A stretch of DNA of 24,420 nucleotides, taken from a virus (lineage: Duplodnaviria > Caudoviricetes). The DNA lies in IMG/VR virus record IMGVR_UViG_3300037722_000917, positions 1-24,420 of that record; one strand, given 5' to 3'. The notes beneath the pieces are model-generated. The model had not been told where the DNA came from and made no database searches. It saw nothing but the letters and a program-made list of their open reading frames with translations. Below are positions 6,103 through 13,861 of the stretch, one piece after another (position 1 is the stretch's first letter; each line of letters starts with the position of its first letter). A program made the translations under genes and the position numbers.

Positions 6103-6569
6103 TGGCTGACCAGATCCTCGAGAAGATTATCTCCGGTGGCCAGACCGGCGCCGACCGAGCTGCACTCGAAACCGCGAAGCAGCTCGGGCTTGCCACCGGC
6201 GGCACCGCTCCTCGAGGCTACAAGACGGAGTCCGGTGCTGATCTCAGCCTCGCTGGCTTCGGCCTCCGGGAGAGCTCTTCAGGATCCTACGCAGACCGCA
6301 CCTTCCAGAACGTTCACGAAGCCGACGCCACGATCTGGTTCGGGACAACCGACAGCCTCGGCTTCAAGTGCACGATGCGCGCCGTGAACACGTGGCGGAG
6401 GCTATGCCTCATCAACCCGACGGGACAGGAGCTTCGCTCCTGGCTCGAAGAACACCGCATCCGCATTCTCAACGTCGCCGGCAACCGTGCGTCTCACAAT
6501 CCGACGGTCTCCGAGCAAACGCGCAGCGTCCTGACAGCCGCGGTGAATGCCAAAAATGCGAAGAGCTGA
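6102..6569 (+). CDS. SLOG superfamily protein (circularly permuted YpsA / 'putative molybdenum carrier' family)
   Basis: KIISGGQTGADRAAL...GGTAPRG...RTFQNV.EADAT...LNVAGNR signature. Confidence 0.85.
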   Translation: MADQILEKIISGGQTGADRAALETAKQLGLATGGTAPRGYKTESGADLSLAGFGLRESSSGSYADRTFQNVHEADATIWFGTTDSLGFKCTMRAVNTWRRLCLINPTGQELRSWLEEHRIRILNVAGNRASHNPTVSEQTRSVLTAAVNAKNAKS

Positions 6570-6583
6570 CACGAACATGATCG

Positions 6584-6612
6584 TTGAAATCCACCTCGTG
6601 CTCAGTTATAAT
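6584..6612 (+). promoter_or_regulatory. Near-consensus sigma70 promoter
   Basis: TTGAAA (6584-6589), 17 bp spacer, TATAAT (6607-6612), intergenic. Confidence 0.8.
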
Positions 6613-6665
6613 GATCCTGTCAATCGGAGATCGGACACATCGTTGATTTGAAGGAGAGAGCCACC

Positions 6666-7016
6666 ATGTCGAACATCCTCGAACAGATCCGCGAACAGGT
6701 CAACAGCCTGTCCGCCGACCAGGTCCGGGAGCAGCTGCTCAAGCTCCAGGAGCAGAAGGCGAAGCAGAAGGAACGGGCCAAGGGCCGGCCGCACGGACCC
6801 ATGACCGACGAGCAGCGGGAGAAGCGCAAGCTATACAACCGCGAGCGCACGGCTCGTCCGGAAGTCAAGGCGAAGATGAAGGTCTACCATCAGAAGCCCG
6901 AGGTCAAGGAGCGGATGAAGGACTACCGCAAGAAGCGCGCGGCGAAGCAGAAGGCGATCCTCGCGCGGGCTGCGGAGCTCGGGATCAGCATCGAGCCGAC
7001 CCAGCCGTCGGCGTAA
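6666..7016 (+). CDS. Highly basic helical hypothetical protein (116 aa), likely nucleic-acid binding
   Basis: GAAGGAG SD; repeated PEVK..MK.Y unit; has its own promoter and terminator. Confidence 0.8.
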   Translation: MSNILEQIREQVNSLSADQVREQLLKLQEQKAKQKERAKGRPHGPMTDEQREKRKLYNRERTARPEVKAKMKVYHQKPEVKERMKDYRKKRAAKQKAILARAAELGISIEPTQPSA

Positions 7017-7032
7017 CATCTTCGTAGGAAGC

Positions 7033-7064
7033 GGAAAGGCGGCGCGTCAAGCCGCCTTTCCTTT
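7033..7064 (+). terminator. Rho-independent terminator-like hairpin
   Basis: GGAAAGGCGGC / GCCGCCTTTCC 11-bp stem, 7-nt loop, T-rich 3' side. Confidence 0.7.
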
Positions 7065-7102
7065 GGTGGGGATTCGGACGTTGACCTTCAAGAGGTTTCC
7101 AC

Positions 7103-7789
7103 ATGTCCAAGCGAGGTGCGGTAGTCCTTCTCTCGGGAGGGCTGGACTCCTCCACACTCCTGCATCAGGTCATCTACGAGGACTTCGCTCCACACGTCCT
7201 CATCGTGAATTATGGACAACGCCACACCCGTGAGATTCGGGCAGCGTACGAAGTCGCGAGGGCCGTCAGCGATCGTGCCGCGGTTGAGATCATCCAGGTG
7301 AACCTCGCCGACGCGATGATCCCGATCTTCGGCCTCGCCGCGAGCTCTCAAGTCGGGGCGAAGCAGGACGTGCCTCACGGCCACTACGCCGCGGAGAACA
7401 TGAAGACGACGATCGTCCCGAACCGCAACATGCTGCTACTGGCACTCGCTGGTTGCCACGCCGTCGCGATCGGGGTCGACACCGTCGCGTACGCAGCACA
7501 TGCCGGAGACCACGCGATCTATCCGGATTGCCGTCCCGTCTTCGTCGCTGACATGAACGCGGCGCTGAGCTCGGCGACGGACGGAGCGATCCGGCTCCAC
7601 GCACCCTTCCTCACGATCACGAAGACTGACATCGTCAATCGAGGTAAGCAACTGGGGGTTCCCTTCGGGTTGACCTACTCATGTTACGAAGGTCGGGAGA
7701 TCCACTGCGGGCTCTGTGGGACGTGCGTCGAACGTAAGGAAGCGTTTCGGGACTCCGGAGTCCCTGACCCCACGGTCTACGCTGCATGA
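7103..7789 (+). CDS. queC: 7-cyano-7-deazaguanine synthase QueC
   Basis: SGGLDS PP-loop, YGQRH, VPNRN, YPDCR, TYSCY..G...HCGLCGTCVER zinc site. Confidence 0.96.
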   Translation: MSKRGAVVLLSGGLDSSTLLHQVIYEDFAPHVLIVNYGQRHTREIRAAYEVARAVSDRAAVEIIQVNLADAMIPIFGLAASSQVGAKQDVPHGHYAAENMKTTIVPNRNMLLLALAGCHAVAIGVDTVAYAAHAGDHAIYPDCRPVFVADMNAALSSATDGAIRLHAPFLTITKTDIVNRGKQLGVPFGLTYSCYEGREIHCGLCGTCVERKEAFRDSGVPDPTVYAA

Positions 7790-7977
7790 AGACGTCCACC
7801 GTCCACATCGTCGTTCAGGAATTTACACTCGGTGCGATGATCGAGTCCGTGTGGACGACGCGGAGACAAGCACAGGCGGCGATCCGTCACTACAAGGAAG
7901 AAGGACGGAACGTTCGTCCACCGATACGATACCGGATCGTTTCTCGTGTCGTTGACGCCTTGGTGAAACCATCATGA
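7786..7977 (+). CDS. Hypothetical protein (63 aa)
   Basis: ATGA overlaps on both sides. Confidence 0.6.
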   Translation: MKTSTVHIVVQEFTLGAMIESVWTTRRQAQAAIRHYKEEGRNVRPPIRYRIVSRVVDALVKPS

Positions 7978-8162
7978 TGTTCCGCATGCGCTTCAAGCAG
8001 CTCGGTGGACACATCCACGTCCGCGTCTTCGAGTCGTCAAACGGGGTGACCTGGGCGAAGAACGGAGAACTCGTCTTCGACGAACAGAGCTGGCCGGCCT
8101 GGCGATCGAAGATGGACTCCCTTCGGATCACCGTCCTTCCTGAAGAGGAACCCACGACGTGA
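7974..8162 (+). CDS. Hypothetical protein (62 aa)
   Basis: ATGA/GTGA overlaps. Confidence 0.65.
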   Translation: MMFRMRFKQLGGHIHVRVFESSNGVTWAKNGELVFDEQSWPAWRSKMDSLRITVLPEEEPTT

Positions 8163-8872
8163 CCACGAAGATCACGTGGTGGGAGTTCTCTGACCTCATC
8201 GATCACCTGATGAGCCGTCCGGACATCTGGTTACAGTCCGACGAGAACGAGCATCTCTGGTTGCTAACCACCGCGTCCGAGCGGAGCGCGCTGGGCCTCC
8301 TCTTCTCTCCTCCGTCCGACACGGTCCACCCATACCGGATGTACACCGTCCAAGCCATCGGCATGGAATGGGCTGACGAGCACGTGGAGAAGTACGTCCA
8401 CTGGCTGCTTCACCACTGGACATCGTACAACCGACGTCTCGGCGTGGAACAGTTCCTAATCCAGGAACTGAACATCGATCCAGAGACCGCAGTCCCGAGC
8501 GCTATCGCCCTCGAAGCTCTCGACTGGACACAGGGCAAGGTTCCCGAACCCCTCGAGCCCGAGATCCAAGAGCACCTCTGGCCGAAGACGGAAGTCAACA
8601 TCTCTCCAACCTCACCCGACCCGTTCCACATCGGCACGTTCCTGTTCAACGGGGGAGCCGGCTGGGTGAAACTCCGTCTCGTCTCCGGGATGATCCGCAC
8701 TCTACTCTCAATCCGCGCGAAGACCGGTGAAACCGTCCTCCTCGAAGGTTTCACCCGTCCGACGCACGGCCGGCTCTACGACACCGCAGCGCAGCTCGGA
8801 GGTTGGACTCCGGGCGTTGAGAAGCACGACGCCGCTGCATTGCAACCACAACTGGAAGAGGACGCGAGTTAG
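8159..8872 (+). CDS. Hypothetical protein (237 aa)
   Basis: GAGGA SD, GTGA overlap, long ORF in the dominant orientation; no family recognised. Confidence 0.7.
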   Translation: MTTKITWWEFSDLIDHLMSRPDIWLQSDENEHLWLLTTASERSALGLLFSPPSDTVHPYRMYTVQAIGMEWADEHVEKYVHWLLHHWTSYNRRLGVEQFLIQELNIDPETAVPSAIALEALDWTQGKVPEPLEPEIQEHLWPKTEVNISPTSPDPFHIGTFLFNGGAGWVKLRLVSGMIRTLLSIRAKTGETVLLEGFTRPTHGRLYDTAAQLGGWTPGVEKHDAAALQPQLEEDAS

Positions 8873-8951
8873 GCTTCGAGGGATCCTCCCTGGAAGCAGG
8901 AACAATCGAGTTCAGCGGCTTCGTGGTTAGGCGACTTAATCAGGTGAACCG

Positions 8952-9998
8952 ATGACAATCACCGAAGAAATCAAGCACGCTCTGCTGCCGTACGTCCAAG
9001 ACGGGATCATCACGCCTGAGTTCGAAGGACTCATCCAGCAGGCGGTGCTTGCGGGCAAGGCGCCGGAGTTCCGGATACTCCGTCCGATCGTCCTGAATCA
9101 ATCCTCCTACAAGGACTTCCAGAACTGTCAACGCCTCTTCGCGTGGAAACGGGTCGAGGGACTCGAGCCTGTCGGGCGACGCTCGGCGTTGGAGATCGGC
9201 ACGGCCACGCACACCGGCCTCGCCGTGTTCCACAGCACGCGGGACCCTGACCTCGCGCTGGAAGCCGCACGCAAGAAGCTCGAGGAGAGGGCAGGACCTT
9301 CGACCCGCTTCGAAGATAAGGATCTCGACGAAGCCCAAGCCATCGTCGATTCAATCCTGCCTGCGTACATCGCACACTACTCGAAGACGGAAGAAATCTG
9401 GACCCCGCTCAATCAGGAGATCGAGTTCCTCGTTGAGGTCGGGGATCGGACGAACGTCCACCTGCGGGGCAAGTCCGACAACCTCTCCACAGCGAAAGGC
9501 GGGCTCTATCTCGTCGACTACAAGACTGCGGGTCGCATGGATCCCCGGGACCTGCTGAAGTACGACCTCGAAGTTCAGCTCTCGGCCTACATCTACGGTC
9601 TCACCAAACACCTGACACAGGAATCCTTGAAGCAAGGCGGAGAGCCCGTCGTCATCCGCGGTGCGATCATCGACGTCCTCGTCAAGACGAAAGTCCCACA
9701 GTTCGCACGCGAACTCTTCACGCGCTCCGTCGCAGAGCTGCAAGAGTTCGAGACGGAGTTCGTTGAAGTCGGTTCCCGAATCCGGGCACAGCTGGCTCGC
9801 GTCGCGGCCGGAGAGTCCATGAGGAAGGTCTTTCCGAAGAACACCGAGCACTGCTTCCGCTACGGCACGTGTCCGTTCCGAGACCTCTGCCTGAAAGACA
9901 CCCCCGTCCGCCGCGCTTTGTACAACAAGCGAGACCCGGACTACGTCGACGAGGCACAGGCCGATCTCGACACGGCCTTCAAGGAAGGACGAGTGTGA
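8952..9998 (+). CDS. PD-(D/E)XK / Cas4-like (RecB-family) exonuclease
   Basis: SSYKDFQNCQR, GTATH, RGKSD, LVDYKT, QLSAY and C-terminal C..C..C cluster. Confidence 0.88.
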   Translation: MTITEEIKHALLPYVQDGIITPEFEGLIQQAVLAGKAPEFRILRPIVLNQSSYKDFQNCQRLFAWKRVEGLEPVGRRSALEIGTATHTGLAVFHSTRDPDLALEAARKKLEERAGPSTRFEDKDLDEAQAIVDSILPAYIAHYSKTEEIWTPLNQEIEFLVEVGDRTNVHLRGKSDNLSTAKGGLYLVDYKTAGRMDPRDLLKYDLEVQLSAYIYGLTKHLTQESLKQGGEPVVIRGAIIDVLVKTKVPQFARELFTRSVAELQEFETEFVEVGSRIRAQLARVAAGESMRKVFPKNTEHCFRYGTCPFRDLCLKDTPVRRALYNKRDPDYVDEAQADLDTAFKEGRV

Positions 9999-10111
9999 TC
10001 ACGTGGATCATCCACCGACTCCTCCGCGTCTTCCGCCGATTTACCTTCCGGCGTGGTGGTACCCACCAACGCATGTCTCGGAGATGGCTCTCCGATCACG
10101 AGGAGGATTGA
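9995..10111 (+). CDS. Small basic hypothetical peptide (38 aa)
   Basis: GTGA overlap with the nuclease and TGATG overlap with the next gene. Confidence 0.45.
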   Translation: MITWIIHRLLRVFRRFTFRRGGTHQRMSRRWLSDHEED

Positions 10112-10344
10112 TGGATATCAACCTCGACACGGACGATCTCATTGTCGGAGACCGCGTCTCACGATCGTGGATGGACGAACGACGAACCGGCACCATCGCA
10201 GAGGTCTACCGAGGGGCCCCTCCCGCTATTGGCCTCGGAATCCGGATGTTCGCAATCACCTGGGATGATACCCGTCGTACGGAACGTGGATATCTCCGTC
10301 CCAGTCTCACGAAGCTCGTAACCGCAGACAGGAGGACCGAATGA
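10111..10344 (+). CDS. Small SH3-barrel-like hypothetical protein
   Basis: GAGGAGG SD; VGDRV...GTI.EV...ITWDD pattern. Confidence 0.65.
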   Translation: MDINLDTDDLIVGDRVSRSWMDERRTGTIAEVYRGAPPAIGLGIRMFAITWDDTRRTERGYLRPSLTKLVTADRRTE

Positions 10345-10526
10345 ACAGAGTGGAGCTGGCAGCTGAAGTCGGAGAGTTCATCAAGACGTCTATCGCCGAC
10401 AATGACGAAGACGAGGTGGACCTCGCCGAAGCCGCGACGCAGGTCGAAGACTTCATCGAGGGTCTCGAAGACGCTGAAGACGAGGCTGAAGGCGAAGCCG
10501 AGGCCGAAGGAGGAACCGAGGAGTGA
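10341..10526 (+). CDS. Very acidic small protein (possible DNA mimic)
   Basis: AGGAGG SD; 24 D/E versus 2 K/R in 61 aa. Confidence 0.7.
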   Translation: MNRVELAAEVGEFIKTSIADNDEDEVDLAEAATQVEDFIEGLEDAEDEAEGEAEAEGGTEE

Positions 10527-11356
10527 GCACGCCAAGCAAGACCCTGCCGAAGCTTCAGCGGACAGACCAGCTGAAAGCAACCTTCGGCACGGTGCTAGGC
10601 TACGGGCCTGCTGGCGCGGGGAAGACCCGGTCGATCAAGAGTTTGAAGGCCGCCGGGTTCAACCCCGTCGTCATCGCCTGTGAGCTGGGAGAGACCCACG
10701 GTCTCCTCTCGCTGGCGAGCGAGGAGATTCCGTACATCGTCGTGCGTACACACGCGGAGACCATCGACGTGATCCGGGAGATGAAGAAGAAGCCCGGACG
10801 GATCGAGTACGAGCAGACGGAATTCGGAGCCGCCGTCCTCGACTCAATCACACAGTGGGGAGAATTCCCGCTGGAGCGCTACGTCGAGCTGAAGGGATGG
10901 GACGACCTCCACGGAGTAACCGTCAAGGGCTCGGGAAAGGATCCTCGAACAGCATACGGATACCTCTCGGAGAAGGGGCGTCAGTTGTACAAGGAGCTCT
11001 TCGAGCTTCACGGACACCTCTACGTCATCGCCCGGGAAGGCCTCTTCGGAGGGTCGGACGAAGTCCCTCCCTTCGCGGCGCCAGAGCTCCCCGGACAGAA
11101 ACTTCCTCGAGAGATTCCAGGGTGGCCGGATGCGACAGTCCGCCTCCGCGTCATCGCAGGGCAGCATCGAATGGTCACGAAGGGCGAGGGAGGATCTCCT
11201 GCGCGGGTCCGCCTTCCGGAGCACTTCAAGCCTCTCCCCCTTCGGTGCAACCCTGACATTTCCGCACTCATCCGGTACATGTGCGGGGATCAGAGTGTGT
11301 ATTCACTCCTCGATCCGAAGGATCCGGCAAACGCACCAGAGACAGGCAGAACGTAA
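10523..11356 (+). CDS. AAA_24 / Sak4-like ssDNA-annealing ATPase
   Basis: Walker A GPAGAGKT, Walker B VLDSIT; lies between the exonuclease and the SSB. Confidence 0.8.
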   Translation: MSTPSKTLPKLQRTDQLKATFGTVLGYGPAGAGKTRSIKSLKAAGFNPVVIACELGETHGLLSLASEEIPYIVVRTHAETIDVIREMKKKPGRIEYEQTEFGAAVLDSITQWGEFPLERYVELKGWDDLHGVTVKGSGKDPRTAYGYLSEKGRQLYKELFELHGHLYVIAREGLFGGSDEVPPFAAPELPGQKLPREIPGWPDATVRLRVIAGQHRMVTKGEGGSPARVRLPEHFKPLPLRCNPDISALIRYMCGDQSVYSLLDPKDPANAPETGRT

Positions 11357-11360
11357 ACAC

Positions 11361-11801
11361 ATGACCTACGTTCGGACTGAAGAGCATCGGCGGATGATGT
11401 CCGAGATCAAGCTGAGGAACTATCAGGAGAATTCCGATCTCAGGGAAGGAGTTCGTCAGAGCAAGCTCGGGAATCATTATGCAGCAGGACCTCACCGGAT
11501 GACTGAGGAAGGGGTCCGATCTCTTCAAGCAGCCGCTGCGGATGGACGGAACTGGAAAGGAGGTGACGTCGGAGACGAGTATGCACGTGTCCTTTGTCCT
11601 AAAGGGTTCGTCCGGGAGTATCACTTCTACTTCGGCTTGAACAACAGGAGACAGGTTGTAATGGACTTCGCTCTTGTCGGAGGGAAGCTCAACGTCGAAC
11701 TCGATGGACCGGCACATCTTGCATCATCTGAGGAAGACGCTCGTCGGGATGCCGAGCTTCGAATCCTCGGATGGCGCGTTGTCAGAATCACGCATCTCTG
11801 A
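11361..11801 (+). CDS. NUMOD3-like + DUF559 (Vsr-like) endonuclease, probable free-standing homing endonuclease
   Basis: TEEHRRMMSE repeat-like N-terminus; MDFA...VELDGPAH...DARRDAELRILGWRVVRI. Confidence 0.85.
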   Translation: MTYVRTEEHRRMMSEIKLRNYQENSDLREGVRQSKLGNHYAAGPHRMTEEGVRSLQAAAADGRNWKGGDVGDEYARVLCPKGFVREYHFYFGLNNRRQVVMDFALVGGKLNVELDGPAHLASSEEDARRDAELRILGWRVVRITHL

Positions 11802-11856
11802 GAAAGAGTAGGGTAGTTATACGGTTCAGATTCCAAATGCACCGCGTCTCGGAGAC

Positions 11857-12234
11857 ATGCCATCTGGGGAACCCGTCCCCGAGGCGATCTACCACATCCG
11901 CTGCGACAAGGCGACGTTCAAAATCTCGAAGACCGAGAACAAGACGCCGATGGCGGAGTGTCAGTTCACGATCTTCGGACCGGAGGACGCGGAAGAGTTC
12001 CACGGTCGGAAGCTCTTCGAGAACCTCATGCTGTCCGGAGAAGGCATGTTCCGGACGCGTCAGTTCCTCGAGGCGACGGGTGAGAACGAGGACTTCGTTC
12101 TGGAGGACACCGACCAGCTGCTGCAGCGTGAGTGCGTAGCGGTTGTCCAGGTGGAGAAGGAGCGGAAGGATCCGGATGATCCGTCCAAGGTCTACCCGGC
12201 CCGGAACAAGGTCGCGAGGTTCCAGGCGCTCTAG
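11857..12234 (+). CDS. DUF669-like single-stranded DNA-binding protein (true start may be at 11821)
   Basis: PVPEAIYHIRC...GRKLFENL...RNKV pattern; follows the Sak4-like ATPase. Confidence 0.75.
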   Translation: MPSGEPVPEAIYHIRCDKATFKISKTENKTPMAECQFTIFGPEDAEEFHGRKLFENLMLSGEGMFRTRQFLEATGENEDFVLEDTDQLLQRECVAVVQVEKERKDPDDPSKVYPARNKVARFQAL

Positions 12235-12247
12235 GGCACTATCCACC

Positions 12248-12434
12248 AACCACTGACTCGCCCCAGTGGTTAGCGAGGTCCTGAGTCCTTTCCCGGTTTC
12301 AGCTCAGGAAACCTCGTACCAGGAAACCGGGATGTTCCATCGTTGAAAGACCCGCTTAGTCCAGGTGGAAGGGACACCACCCCGACACATGGGAGCATAC
12401 CAACCGCTCCAGCGGGTCTTTGAACGATTGAACA
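12248..12434 (+). ncRNA. Highly structured intergenic RNA with predicted pseudoknot; candidate cis-regulatory element
   Basis: 8-bp hairpin; 12-bp stem whose loop TCCCGGTTTC pairs with downstream GAAACCGGGA; 22-bp interrupted stem enclosing two hairpins and ending beside the AGGAGG SD. Confidence 0.6.
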
Positions 12435-12448
12435 CAGGAGGACAAGTC

Positions 12449-12799
12449 ATGGACACGAAGTATCAGCTTCCTGGCGGGACGACCCGGTCTGAGAGGTCTC
12501 CGCTTCATCACCTCGTCCCGCCTAGCGGGCCGCGCCGGATCGCTCAGCGGTTCACCCTCGGTGCGGATACGCATGGAGTAGACAACTGGAAGAAGTCTCT
12601 CGGATCCGAAGGCGATGCAGCAGCGTTCTGTCAGTCGGCTTACGACCACATGATGGAGCACATGCTCAAGATGGTTGCTTTGCAGGACCCTGAAGACGAT
12701 CACCTCGGAGCCATTGGGTGGGCCGTCTGCACGCTCGCCCACGTCGAGTCCCTCTACGGGAAGAAGTGGACGGAGCTGCGTCCGGAGGCTACCACATGA
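12449..12799 (+). CDS. DUF5664 dATP/dGTP diphosphohydrolase-like protein
   Basis: HLVPP...GADTHGVDNWKK...HMMEH...DDHLGAIGW pattern; AGGAGG SD. Confidence 0.75.
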   Translation: MDTKYQLPGGTTRSERSPLHHLVPPSGPRRIAQRFTLGADTHGVDNWKKSLGSEGDAAAFCQSAYDHMMEHMLKMVALQDPEDDHLGAIGWAVCTLAHVESLYGKKWTELRPEATT

Positions 12800-13173
12800 G
12801 CCGGGCCTGGATCGGAGTCGACCTCGACGGGACGCTCGCCGAGTACACTACGTGGCACGGAGTAGAACACATCGGTGCTCCAATCCCTGCGATGGTCACT
12901 CGCGTGAAGCGTTGGCTGGCTGAAGGTAAGGAAGTCCGGATCTTCACCGCTCGCGTCTCAGGTCGTCGCGGCAACGCCGACACCCCACAGACGGAGATCG
13001 AGGAGTCGACCCGGATCATCCAGGACTGGTGTGAAGCGCACATCGGCGTGCGCCTGACCGTCACGGCAACGAAGGACTTCGGGATGACCGTCCTCTACGA
13101 CGACCGTTGCATCTGCGTGGAGAAGAACACGGGCCGACTCCTGACGCCTCAATACGCACTGGAGAACCTATGA
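12796..13173 (+). CDS. HAD-superfamily phosphatase (capless)
   Basis: DLDGTL motif I, FTAR motif II, K motif III, YDDR motif IV. Confidence 0.88.
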   Translation: MSRAWIGVDLDGTLAEYTTWHGVEHIGAPIPAMVTRVKRWLAEGKEVRIFTARVSGRRGNADTPQTEIEESTRIIQDWCEAHIGVRLTVTATKDFGMTVLYDDRCICVEKNTGRLLTPQYALENL

Positions 13174-13595
13174 GCATGCTCACTGCGACGCACACGGTCT
13201 CTCTCGGGCACCGGCTCCCGTCGTATGACGGTGTCTGCTCCAGTCCACACGGACACAACGCTCGGTTCTCCATTGACGTGTGGACGGAGTCCTTCTACGA
13301 CTTCAAAACGCTGGCGAACGTCCTCCGGGACATTCTGGCCGACTTCGATCATGCGATGATCCTCCACGCAGACGATCCGTTCCTCGTCTACCTCGCGAAG
13401 CAGGGCTTCCGATACGTTGCTATGAACGTGGAGCCCACGACCGAAGCGATGACGCAGCTCGTCTTCAACGCGGCGGAGCTGTTCGTGAACGATCTGCCAG
13501 ACCGTCGTGTTTCGAAGGTTACGATGTTCGAGACGGACCGATACTCTGCCTCTATCGGCACGAGCAATTCTCTCGTGTGGCGGGTCACCCCATGA
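13170..13595 (+). CDS. queD: 6-carboxy-5,6,7,8-tetrahydropterin synthase QueD
   Basis: GHRL...CSSPHGHN, DFK, FDH, PTTE, ET motifs. Confidence 0.92.
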   Translation: MSMLTATHTVSLGHRLPSYDGVCSSPHGHNARFSIDVWTESFYDFKTLANVLRDILADFDHAMILHADDPFLVYLAKQGFRYVAMNVEPTTEAMTQLVFNAAELFVNDLPDRRVSKVTMFETDRYSASIGTSNSLVWRVTP

Positions 13596-13861
13596 CCGAC
13601 GAAATTGATCATCCGAAGCATTACAACTCGCATCCCTCCGGGATCGAGTGTATCACGGTCGCCGAGCACCACAACTTCAACATCGGCAACGTGCTGAAGT
13701 ACATCTGGCGGGCCGGGATGAAGGCTCCGGTCCGGCCCGTCGGTCCTGGTGATGTGCTTGATGTCAAGTCCTGGACTCGTGCCACGCTCACCGACTTGAA
13801 GAAGGCGAGATGGTATCTGGACCGAGAAATCCAGAGACTGGAGAAGGAGGAGGCCTTTTGA
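13592..13861 (+). CDS. DUF3310 protein (T7 gp1.7-like nucleotide kinase domain)
   Basis: IDHPKHY...IECI...FNIGNVLKYIWRAGMK...DLKKARWYL. Confidence 0.9.
   Translation: MTDEIDHPKHYNSHPSGIECITVAEHHNFNIGNVLKYIWRAGMKAPVRPVGPGDVLDVKSWTRATLTDLKKARWYLDREIQRLEKEEAF

Noticed and set aside
8952-9998. Cas4-like gene as evidence of a CRISPR-Cas system
   Set aside because: No repeat-spacer array or other cas genes; the Sak4/SSB context indicates a phage recombination exonuclease
3094-11823. C-to-U RNA editing as the explanation for two ACG starts and tRNA C33
   Set aside because: Only three sites and no deaminase recognised in the window; mutation or consensus error is simpler without RNA reads
12272-12335. 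Known preQ1 riboswitch or hammerhead ribozyme
   Set aside because: Lacks the preQ1-I A-rich tail and the hammerhead CUGANGA core; kept only as an unclassified structured RNA
12365-12448. N-terminal extension of the DUF5664 ORF from GTG 12365
   Set aside because: Strong AGGAGG SD before ATG 12449; the extension lies within the RNA structure
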